DNA from: an uncultured Erysipelotrichaceae bacterium
Lineage (GTDB): Bacteria; Bacillota_I; Bacilli_A; RFN20; CAG-826
Direction: 5' to 3'
DNA length: 64,000 nt
Assembly: GCA_902802905.1 (NCBI GenBank)
Contig: CADCNT010000003.1
Location: 24,354 to 88,353, forward strand
The notes under the pieces are model-generated. The model was given only the letters and a program-made list of their open reading frames with translations, was not told the DNA's origin and made no database searches. A program made the translations under genes and the position numbers. Below are positions 56,140 through 64,000 of the stretch, in pieces (position 1 is the stretch's first letter; every line of letters begins with the position of its first letter).

Positions 56140-57157
56140 TATCTCCTTTGTCGTTAAAGTATTTTTCTAATTCTTGGGCCAAATATTCTAGAGCAGACAT
56201 CGCTTTGTCATAATCCATTCTTTTTGGTCCCACTAATGTGATGGTGTTTTCACTATCCTCGCCAACCTTGATGGTTGCGGTCACAAGAGCGACATCAGGA
56301 TTACCTTCGATGTCACCAATGCTGACGACTGGTTCATCGCTTTCGATTGCTTGACGATCAACCTTTTTAAATAGCGAAGCATCTTCTAATAGTTTCATGA
56401 CACGAATTAAAGCTTCAGTATCATTTTTGAATTCTGGATGGGTGAACAATTCTTCTCTTCCGTATAATGAGAGTCGATCACCTGCGAATCTTACGAATGT
56501 TTCAAGTAAAGCTTGATACACAGCGTCATGGCTTACTACGTAATCAGACAAGACTGGTTTTAAGGCTTCCATCTTTTCGATTAATTCGGTAACTGGTGTG
56601 CCTTTTAAACGGTCATTGAGTAAGTTTACGCATTTGACTAGGTCATCCGCTTTAATATTTTCTTCTAGGATGAAGGTTTTGTTTTGTACATAACCTTTAT
56701 CAGTAATGAAGATTGCAGTAATTGTGTTCTCATTAATTGGTACGAGTTGCACCGAGAGCAGTCTTTCTTTTTCTTCTTCTGGTTGAGAGACTACGCTAAC
56801 AAGTTTTGTCATATGAGATATAATCTCACAACTCTGTTTAATCACTTCTTCAATACTTTGTACCTTGCTAGATAACACGTTTTGAATGGAATAACGGAGT
56901 TGGTCATCAACATCCTTATCACGTAAGTGCTCACAATAATATGCATAACCTTTAGAAGAAGGAATTCTACCTGCGCTTGTATGAGGCTTTTCAAGATATC
57001 CCATCTTTTCAAGAGCACTCATCTCGTTTCTGATAGTGGCACTACTATAAGGGAGATTATATTGTTCGATTAATGTTTGGCTTCCAACTGGTTCGGCAGT
57101 CTTGATGAAATATTCCACAATCATCTTGAGAATAGTTTCACTTCTAGTTAACGACAT
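56126..57157 (-). CDS. hrcA: Heat-inducible transcription repressor HrcA
   Basis: N-terminal wHTH (PVGSQTLIEQYNLPYSSATIRNEMSALEKMGYLEKPHTSAGRIPS). It is the first gene of the dnaK operon, preceded by CIRCE elements. Confidence 0.95.
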
Positions 57158-57172
57158 AATAACAACCTCCTT

Positions 57173-57199
57173 TTAGCACTCTTCAGCTTTAATTGCTAA
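57173..57199. promoter_or_regulatory. CIRCE-like operator (proximal, degenerate)
   Basis: TTAGCACTC-N9-AATTGCTAA between the -10 and the hrcA SD. The right arm has two mismatches to GAGTGCTAA. Confidence 0.6.
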
Positions 57200-57203
57200 T
57201 ACT

Positions 57204-57231
57204 ATTATAACTTCTTTGTTAGCACTGTCAA
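57204..57231 (-). promoter_or_regulatory. Sigma-A promoter of the hrcA operon
   Basis: Minus strand: TTGACA (57231-57226), 16-nt spacer, TATAAT (57209-57204). Confidence 0.7.
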
Positions 57232-57245
57232 CACATTAGTGCTAA
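57219..57245. promoter_or_regulatory. CIRCE operator (distal, near-perfect)
   Basis: TTAGCACTG-N9-TAGTGCTAA overlapping the -35 hexamer. Confidence 0.85.
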
Positions 57246-57271
57246 TTTTTTTATTTACAAAGTAAGTTGCA

Positions 57272-57294
57272 CAAAAAAAGACGCTTTCGCGCCT
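57272..57294 (-). terminator. Rho-independent terminator after hemW
   Basis: Minus strand: AGGCGC-GAAA-GCGTCT followed by a T7 run. Confidence 0.7.
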
Positions 57295-57318
57295 ATAAAT
57301 CCTTATTAATAATTATAT

Positions 57319-58419
57319 TTAAAGGGCTAAATAGATGGTGTCTAGCATCATCATTCCTTCAAAAGTCGCCACGATTTCCCCATCGACTTTTTTGAGTAAT
57401 TTGCTTTCAACAAAATGATCAATGTTAGCTTTGTGCTCTTCGTAAAAATCAACACCAAACTTATCTTTAAATTCTTTCAAGTTGATGCCATATTTAGTTC
57501 TTAATCTTAGCATCACTTCATAGTCTTTTTCATCCTTTGGAGTCACTATTTCTTCTTCTTTTTCATTTTTAAATGAAATGTAGTCTTGGAAGTTAGTTGT
57601 ATTTTTGTATCTGAGGTTGCCTATATACCCGCTAGCGGCAAGTCCTACCCCATAATATCTTTCGTTTTTCCAATATGTGAGGTTATGCTTACTTTCAAAG
57701 CCATCTTTAGCCCAATTAGACACTTCATAATGGCTGTAGCCATTTTCTTGTAAAATATCGTTTATTTCTTTATAGGCTTCAAAGGCAAAATCATCATCAG
57801 GTTCCACTATTCCATCAAGATAAAACTTAGTGTGCTCATGAACAGTCAAACTATAAGCAGAGATATGGTTAGGATTTAATGATAAGATATTTTTAATATC
57901 TTTCATAAGCATATTTTTGCTGACATTTGGTAGGCCGATGATAAGATCGAGATTGATATTTTCAATTCCGTTTTCCCTTAAATTTTTAACTGCGGATTTT
58001 ACATCGTTAAATGTGTGCTTGCGGTTAATAGCTATTAAGATATTGTCATCTGTTGACTCCACACCGATAGAAACACGGTTAACATGGTATTTCTTCATCA
58101 ATTTTATCTTTGATAAAGTTAATGATTCTGGGTTAGCTTCTACTGTGAACTCAATTACCTTTTGAGCGTATGGCTTTACCATGGCTAGGAGTTTTTCGAA
58201 TTGATCATCACTCAAAGAAGATGGAGTACCTCCGCCTATATAGATGGTTTTTAATTCCTTATTGTCCACTACTTGGATTAGTTCTTTTTCTAAGGCGATA
58301 AGATAAGATTCTGCGAAATTATGAAAATACTGCAACTTTGCAAAGTCACAGTAATTACATATGGATTCACAGAAAGGAATGTGAATATATAAAGCACTAA
58401 TTTGATTAGTCTTCTTCAT
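57319..58419 (-). CDS. hemW: Radical SAM heme chaperone HemW (HemN-like)
   Basis: CESICNYCDF radical SAM motif in YIHIPFC... The start is set at MKKTNQISALYIHIPFC (ATG 58419). It lies between lepA and hrcA, as in Bacillus. Confidence 0.88.
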   Translation of the reverse strand: MKKTNQISALYIHIPFCESICNYCDFAKLQYFHNFAESYLIALEKELIQVVDNKELKTIYIGGGTPSSLSDDQFEKLLAMVKPYAQKVIEFTVEANPESLTLSKIKLMKKYHVNRVSIGVESTDDNILIAINRKHTFNDVKSAVKNLRENGIENINLDLIIGLPNVSKNMLMKDIKNILSLNPNHISAYSLTVHEHTKFYLDGIVEPDDDFAFEAYKEINDILQENGYSHYEVSNWAKDGFESKHNLTYWKNERYYGVGLAASGYIGNLRYKNTTNFQDYISFKNEKEEEIVTPKDEKDYEVMLRLRTKYGINLKEFKDKFGVDFYEEHKANIDHFVESKLLKKVDGEIVATFEGMMMLDTIYLAL

Positions 58420-58639
58420 CCTTATAATTTTCAACTGCCTTAGCAGTTTCTTCGTCTTCAATTGGTTTTAAGACACGATTCATTTCTTCTTGAACAACTT
58501 GCTCATCGGTTGGTTTATCGTCTTTTTTTAGTTTTGGTTTTAAGTATAAGTGAATCAAAAATGCGACTAAACCAATAACGAATGCAGCGCCGATAACAAT
58601 TAAGATTACGAGTAAGTTTGTATTAATCTCTAAAATCAT
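58406..58639 (-). CDS. Small single-pass membrane protein with an acidic C-terminal tail (77 aa)
   Basis: N-terminal TM helix (LLVILIVIGAAFVIGLVAFLIHLYL), then KPKLKKDDKP and an acidic tail. It starts 10 nt after the upstream Fic-like gene ends and overlaps the hemW start by 14 nt. Confidence 0.55.
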   Translation of the reverse strand: MILEINTNLLVILIVIGAAFVIGLVAFLIHLYLKPKLKKDDKPTDEQVVQEEMNRVLKPIEDEETAKAVENYKDEED

Positions 58640-58649
58640 ATTTTAAGTC

Positions 58650-60089
58650 TCACTTTCTTTTAACTGGCGTATAAACGAATTTCTTGCCAACTAAAGTTTT
58701 TTCATAGTATCCATATTCCACTAACTTATCCATCGAAGTTCTGGCGGTTTCATAGACACATTTTACAGCTTTACGATATTGCTCAATTGTGTAGTACATG
58801 CCTAGTGTACAGTGGCGAGCATAGAAGTAAGCTTGACCTTTTTTAAGTCTGACATCTAGTTCAATTAGATGTCTTTCAAGCCTTTGAGCAGTCTTTTCAT
58901 CGAGCTCTTCAGGAATATAAGATACAGCAAGTCCTACTGGTTTTTCAATAACAGGTGAAGTTTTTACTTCAACTTTCTTTTCTTCTACTACTGGAGCAGG
59001 TTCTGGTTTTGCTTCTTCAACAGGTTTTCCTTCAACAACTGGATCTTGATGTACTTCTTCAACAGGTGCAGGAGCTGGTTCAGGTTCTTCTTTTGGCTCT
59101 TCCTCGTCTAACTTAAAGAAATCTTCTTTAATGACTTTGGATGAATACTCCGCTAAAGAATCAAGCATCTTATCAAACTCTTTGTTGATAAATCTTAATG
59201 CAAAGTTTAAGAAATAAGTGACATCAGAACTTGATTGAACGTCATTGAATATCTTTGATATTTCAGTTTCATTTTCATTAAGAATCGCTTCTAAAGGAAT
59301 ATAAATTGCAAAATCTCCAAGTGAATAATGCGCTAACACTGATTTAGCGAATAAAACAGCGATTTCATTATTGAATTCAGGGAATGGTTTAACAAATTGA
59401 ATGTAATAATAGGTAATCAAGGAACGACAAAGTGGGCTAACTGTACTCTTTTCAACAAAGTTGAATAATGAATCCATCATCGATTCGATAAGTTGTGCAG
59501 GTGCGCTCTTATAGACACGGGAGACAACTGCGGCAACATTAGAATCTTCTAAATCTCTTGTACGATAAAATGAGGTTAATTCATTGTTTCCTGTTACTTT
59601 GCTATAGAGTTCCGCTAAGAAATCTTCATTTACGTTATTAACGTAACGTTCCTTAATGTAATTTAATGCGTCAAGGTAATGTGCTAATTTAGGATCTCTA
59701 GCAGAACCAAGAACGACTGCTCTAACATGTTCTTCATCAGATAAAGACATGTTTGCTAAAGCAACATTTTGTAATGACTTAATAATGCATGATTGACGGA
59801 AGTATTGTTTATCGCTATTAACAGAATCAAGTTTGTTTGCTTCGCTAACAACTCTAAGTAATTTCCCTTCAACTGTATTGAGTTTTGCAGAGATTGTTGG
59901 ACATAAACAGACTCTTAATTGATTTTTATCAATTCCTCTAATAGACAAATAATGGCAAAAAGGTGCACGATAAGATAAAATCTTATCCCAAACGCCATCA
60001 ATGATTGAAATCTTTAGTTCTTTAGAAACTTCATTTTTAGTTGCGTAATTGGTTTCAGTAAAACGCACAGCGATATCATTAACACCCAT
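58650..60089 (-). CDS. Fic/Fido-fold-like protein with degenerate active-site motif, Pro/Glu-rich linker and C-terminal winged-helix-like domain
   Basis: The segment FYRTRDL...SPLCRSLITYYYIQFVKPFPEFNNEIAVLFAKSVL aligns to the Fic core (GxFR...hPlxxAaxxHxxFxxIHPFxDGNGRxxR), but HPFxDGNGR is replaced by KPFPEFNNE. A linker EEPKEEPEPAPAPVEE...KPEPAPVVEE follows. The C-terminal ~80 aa look like a wHTH. Confidence 0.5.
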   Translation of the reverse strand: MGVNDIAVRFTETNYATKNEVSKELKISIIDGVWDKILSYRAPFCHYLSIRGIDKNQLRVCLCPTISAKLNTVEGKLLRVVSEANKLDSVNSDKQYFRQSCIIKSLQNVALANMSLSDEEHVRAVVLGSARDPKLAHYLDALNYIKERYVNNVNEDFLAELYSKVTGNNELTSFYRTRDLEDSNVAAVVSRVYKSAPAQLIESMMDSLFNFVEKSTVSPLCRSLITYYYIQFVKPFPEFNNEIAVLFAKSVLAHYSLGDFAIYIPLEAILNENETEISKIFNDVQSSSDVTYFLNFALRFINKEFDKMLDSLAEYSSKVIKEDFFKLDEEEPKEEPEPAPAPVEEVHQDPVVEGKPVEEAKPEPAPVVEEKKVEVKTSPVIEKPVGLAVSYIPEELDEKTAQRLERHLIELDVRLKKGQAYFYARHCTLGMYYTIEQYRKAVKCVYETARTSMDKLVEYGYYEKTLVGKKFVYTPVKRK

Positions 60090-60112
60090 ATGAATTCTCC
60101 TTAAGTGTTTAC

Positions 60113-60141
60113 ATTATAAAAAATAATGTTTGGCATTACAA
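60113..60141 (-). promoter_or_regulatory. Sigma-A type promoter of the Fic-like/small membrane protein pair
   Basis: Minus strand: TTGTAA (60141-60136), 17-nt spacer, TATAAT (60118-60113), then SD AAGGAG. Confidence 0.6.
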
Positions 60142-60157
60142 TACTAAAACTAAAAAC

Positions 60158-60187
60158 CTACTAATTTTATACCAATTATTTATTAAT
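60158..60187 (-). repeat. Degenerate phased heptamer array at the lepA stop
   Basis: Plus strand: TACTAAT (60158), TACCAAT (60169), TATTAAT (60181, containing the lepA TAA stop). Spacings are 11 and 12 bp. Confidence 0.6.
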
Positions 60188-61997
60188 CTTCATCATCGTC
60201 AATCGATAAGATTGACATAAATGCTTCTTGAGGAACTTCAACAGATCCGACTTTTTTCATTCGTTTCTTGCCTTCTTTTTGCTTCTCTAAAAGCTTCTTT
60301 TTACGAGAAATGTCACCACCATAACACTTGGCTAAGACATCTTTTCTTACTGCTTTTACATCGACACGAGCAATAATCTTCCCACCAATAGCGGCTTGAA
60401 TTGGAATTTCAAATTGTTGACGTGGAATAACAGTTTTAATTCTACGAATTATACCTAGGCCTCTGTTGTATGCTTGAGGTCTATAAACAATGCTACTTAA
60501 AGCATCTACTACTTGCCCATTAAGTAAAACGTCCATCTTAATTAAGTCGCTAGAACGATAAACAGATGGTTCATAATCAAACGAAGCATATCCTTTCGTG
60601 CAGCTCTTTAACTTATCAAAGAAATTGTATACAATTTCCGATAAAGGTAATTCATACACAAGAATCATTCTTGTATCATCAAAATATTGTAAATCAATAT
60701 AAATGCCACGTTTCTCTTGGCAAAGTTCCATAATTGGACCAACATACTCCTTTGGAGTCATGATGTTGGCTTTAACATATGGCTCTTCAATTCTATTAAT
60801 CTTGGATGAATCAGGAAGTTTAGATGGGTTATCGATTGGTGTCATACTGCCATCAGTGAGATAAACATGATAAATCACCGAAGGTGCAGTTAAGATTAAA
60901 TCGATATTATATTCTCTTTCTAGTCTCTCTTGGATGACATCCATGTGAAGCAATCCTAAGAAGCCACATCTAAAGCCAAAGCCTAATGCTTGGGATGTCT
61001 CTGGAACAAATTGCAAAGAGGCATCATTCAAAGATAGCTTTTCTAAAGCATCTTTTAAGTCTTGATAATCATCACTATCAACCGGATAAAGCCCGCAGAA
61101 AACCATTGGATTGATATCGCGATAACCAGGTAAAGCTTTACTTGCTGGATGATCAAAGCTTGTCACAGTGTCACCTGGACGCACGTCGCGGATGTCTTTA
61201 ATCTGTGCACAAATAAAACCAACTTGACCACATCTAAGCTCTCTGAGCTTTAATTCATCAGGAGTTCTGATTCCAAGTTCGGTGATAACGTAATCCTTGT
61301 TGGATTGCATTAACTTAATATGGTCCCCAGCTTTCACAGAGCCTTCTTTAATTCTAACAAGAATTACTACACCACGATATGGGTCGTAATAAGAGTCGAA
61401 TATCAAAGCCTTGAGTGGAGCATTTTCATCTCCGCTTGGAGCAGGAATTTCTTTAATAATTGCTTCCAGCAATTCGTGGATGTGATAACCGGTTTTAGCA
61501 GATACATCAACAGCATGTTCGCTGGAAATACCAATGCGCTTTTCAATTTCTTCGCGCGCCCAATCAGGCATAGCGCTAGGTAAATCAACTTTGTTGATAA
61601 CTGGTAAAATTGCTAAATCATTATCAACCGCTAAATAGACATTAGCGAGAGTTTGTGCTTCAACTCCTTGAGTTGCATCCACTACTAAAACCGCTCCTTC
61701 ACATGCAGCAAGCGATCTAGATACTTCGTATGTAAAGTCGACGTGCCCAGGAGTGTCAATCAAATTGAAGATATATGTGTTTCCGTCATCACTTAAGTAG
61801 GATAATGTGACTGCATTTAACTTAATGGTGATTCCTCTTTCCCTTTCAAGATCCATGGAATCAAGGATTTGTTCCTTCATTTCCCGGGCAGAGATTGCGC
61901 CAGTCAACTCTAAAATACGATCTGCAAGTGTAGACTTGCCGTGATCGATATGAGCGATGATAGAGAAATTTCGTGTATATTTTTGATCAAAATCCAT
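60183..61997 (-). CDS. lepA: Translation elongation factor 4 (LepA)
   Basis: [27 protein letters not shown] and the LepA-specific C-terminal domain. Confidence 0.97.
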   Translation of the reverse strand: MDFDQKYTRNFSIIAHIDHGKSTLADRILELTGAISAREMKEQILDSMDLERERGITIKLNAVTLSYLSDDGNTYIFNLIDTPGHVDFTYEVSRSLAACEGAVLVVDATQGVEAQTLANVYLAVDNDLAILPVINKVDLPSAMPDWAREEIEKRIGISSEHAVDVSAKTGYHIHELLEAIIKEIPAPSGDENAPLKALIFDSYYDPYRGVVILVRIKEGSVKAGDHIKLMQSNKDYVITELGIRTPDELKLRELRCGQVGFICAQIKDIRDVRPGDTVTSFDHPASKALPGYRDINPMVFCGLYPVDSDDYQDLKDALEKLSLNDASLQFVPETSQALGFGFRCGFLGLLHMDVIQERLEREYNIDLILTAPSVIYHVYLTDGSMTPIDNPSKLPDSSKINRIEEPYVKANIMTPKEYVGPIMELCQEKRGIYIDLQYFDDTRMILVYELPLSEIVYNFFDKLKSCTKGYASFDYEPSVYRSSDLIKMDVLLNGQVVDALSSIVYRPQAYNRGLGIIRRIKTVIPRQQFEIPIQAAIGGKIIARVDVKAVRKDVLAKCYGGDISRKKKLLEKQKEGKKRMKKVGSVEVPQEAFMSILSIDDDED

Positions 61998-62023
61998 ATT
62001 TGCCTAGCATTATAACATTTATG

Positions 62024-64000
62024 TTACGATTTGAAAAAGTTTTGTAGTGTCTGTCTTAAATCTTCTTCATTGAGCACTACTTCATATTTACTCCACTCTT
62101 TTTTAAAAAGAGAACGGTAGTCATTCCACATATATCTTTCATCAATTAACAAGGCTACACCACGGTCTTTTTCAGTTCTGATGAGTCTACCTACTGCTTG
62201 CATAACTTTGTTCATGCCTGGATATGTATATGCATAATTAAAGCCGTTGATGTCGTTTTCTTTGTAATATTCCACTACTTGGTCGCTTTCAAAATTTATT
62301 TTTGGAAGACCAATACCAACAATGGCAACGCCAATAAGGGAATCACCAACAAGGTCAATGCCTTCTCCAAAGGCTCCACCAATAATTGCCAAACCAACTG
62401 TAGTTTTTTCATTATCTGCTTTGAAATGACTTATTAAGTCATTCTTCTCTACTTCACTCATATCTCTTTTTTGGATAAATAGATTAACCTCGTCATCAAA
62501 TTCAATGAGAGGTAAGAGATTATCGAGATATTCATAACTTGGTAAATAGATAAAGTAATTGCCCTTTTTAGAAGAGACAAACGTTCTTAAGTAATTTGCA
62601 ACCGTTTGATAGCTCTTTTCTCGATTCTTATATCTTGTAGATATTTTAGGAGCAATTAATAGCTTTAGGTTCTCGCTTGGGAATGGAGATTGTAACACTA
62701 AACTTGGATCTTTATCTTTATTTCCTCCTAAAACATCCATGTAATAGGATAGAGGCGATAATGTGGCAGAGAAAAACACTGCAGAATTCAAGCTTAATGC
62801 AGTTGCAGACAAAAATCTTGAAGCGTCTAAGCAGTATGCTTTCAAAGCGATATTGTCCTCGGATTTATCAACATATAAAAGGAATCTTTCTGAAAATAAT
62901 TCAGAAATCTTGATAAATTTATTAAGTTCTATGTATAAATTGGTGAGTTCTTTAGTTATGTCTTTATTGTTTTCTTTACTCACTTCTTGATACGTAGTGA
63001 TGAAATGGTTGAATTCTTTATAAGTGTCATCAGTGAAATCTTCCACTTTGGTTTGACCAACTTCAAAACTATCTTCATAGTAAATAAATAATTTATTTAT
63101 TCTTGCTAATGCATTTTTGATTTTTCTATTTGGAATGCTTTTCTGAGCAAATTTAGCGTCTAAATAAAGTTGCTTATTAATTGTGGCGGAATACATTTCT
63201 TTAGAACGTTCCACTAAGTTGTGGGCTTCATCCACTAACGCTAGATAATGAGTAGAATCCTCATCAAAATAACGCTTCATATATGAAATTGGATCAAAAA
63301 CATAGTTATAGTCACACACGATGACATCGCAGAAAAGCGATAAGTCGAGTTCCAATTCAAAAGGACAAACACTATATTTATTTGCAATATAGCAAATTGT
63401 TTCTAAATCGAAGTCATCATAACGAATGATTGATTCCTTGATGATGTTTTTAATTTTGTTGTAGTAGCCCTTGGTGAATGGGCACTCATCAGGATTACAG
63501 TTTTTTCCTTTACAAAAACATATCTTTTCTTTAGAGGTGATGATGACATCGCTAATATTGAGTCCGTTATCTTTTAAGATAGATAAGGCTTTATGAGCGT
63601 TTTCTTTTCCAGTCGCTTTCGCGGTTAAATAGAATATTTTGCTTTGTTCATCTTCTGCTAAATATTTGATGCTCGGGAAAATGGTAGACATAGTCTTGCC
63701 AATGCCTGTAGGCGCTTCAATAAAGAGCTTTCCTTTATTTTTAGCGACGCTATAGACGTATTTAGAGAGCTCTTTTTGTCCTTTACGATAATCTTCAAAT
63801 GGGAACTTTAATTCGGCAATAGAAGCGTTTCTAGCCTCAGTTAAACGCATAACAACGTGATAGAACTCTAAATAATTATCTAAGTAGCCATAAATATCTT
63901 TTTCTAACTCGGAAATATGGAAGGTGTATTCGTCAATTAGCTTCTTGCTGCCTTTACCTTGTTTGATGTAAGTGAGTCTAACCCCAATTGTTTCTAACTT
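62024..64000 (-). CDS. DinG/XPD(Rad3)-like Fe-S DNA helicase, N-terminus beyond the window edge
   Basis: Walker A APTGIGKT, DEAH-like VDEAHN, and a Cys cluster (CFCKGKNCNPDECPF...CPFE) in the DEAD_2-type insertion. The minus-strand frame stays open from 63850 to nt 64000, so the real start is probably outside the window. Confidence 0.75.
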   Translation of the reverse strand, partial: KLETIGVRLTYIKQGKGSKKLIDEYTFHISELEKDIYGYLDNYLEFYHVVMRLTEARNASIAELKFPFEDYRKGQKELSKYVYSVAKNKGKLFIEAPTGIGKTMSTIFPSIKYLAEDEQSKIFYLTAKATGKENAHKALSILKDNGLNISDVIITSKEKICFCKGKNCNPDECPFTKGYYNKIKNIIKESIIRYDDFDLETICYIANKYSVCPFELELDLSLFCDVIVCDYNYVFDPISYMKRYFDEDSTHYLALVDEAHNLVERSKEMYSATINKQLYLDAKFAQKSIPNRKIKNALARINKLFIYYEDSFEVGQTKVEDFTDDTYKEFNHFITTYQEVSKENNKDITKELTNLYIELNKFIKISELFSERFLLYVDKSEDNIALKAYCLDASRFLSATALSLNSAVFFSATLSPLSYYMDVLGGNKDKDPSLVLQSPFPSENLKLLIAPKISTRYKNREKSYQTVANYLRTFVSSKKGNYFIYLPSYEYLDNLLPLIEFDDEVNLFIQKRDMSEVEKNDLISHFKADNEKTTVGLAIIGGAFGEGIDLVGDSLIGVAIVGIGLPKINFESDQVVEYYKENDINGFNYAYTYPGMNKVMQAVGRLIRTEKDRGVALLIDERYMWNDYRSLFKKEWSKYEVVLNEEDLRQTLQNFFKS

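Overview
Low-GC bacterial chromosome segment, almost fully coding. It carries housekeeping genes in a Firmicutes-like order: valS-radC-rplU-prp-rpmA-obg-nadE-ruvAB-secDF-recJ-relA-hisS-aspS-tkt; nusB-xseAB-dxs-dinB-xerD-deoB; yqeG-yqeH-yhbY-nadD/yqeK; parE-parC divergent from plsY; efp, rpmG, ispG, nfo, ispH; rpoD-dnaG-glyQS-recO-era-cdd-ybeY; and lepA-hemW-hrcA-grpE-dnaK-dnaJ. TGA is used as a stop codon. The mreBCD/minCD block that Bacillus has between radC and rplU is absent, and MEP-pathway genes (dxs, ispG, ispH) are present. I infer a wall-less, standard-code Mollicute of the Acholeplasma type, which is not proven. I saw no rRNA, tRNA, CRISPR array, transposon or prophage. The most interesting signals are as follows. 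(1) A 60-aa peptide with a double-glycine-like leader (1974-2156, translationally coupled to radC) and a C39 peptidase/transmembrane protein lacking an ABC ATPase domain (51200-52417) lie 50 kb apart on opposite strands, yet are preceded by near-identical ~60-bp promoter-like elements containing phased direct repeats. This suggests one co-regulated peptide-processing or signalling module. (2) A recurrent intergenic array of three ATTAGTA heptamers with an exact 11-bp period sits at or just after stop codons at six or more loci. (3) A two-gene insertion between lepA and hemW encodes a Fic-fold protein with a degenerate active-site motif plus a small membrane protein. (4) An ABC substrate-binding/permease pair without an ATPase lies divergent from a Crp/Fnr-family regulator, with a TGTGA-N6-TCACG box between them. 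All calls come from reading the sequence and ORF translations; no database search was run.
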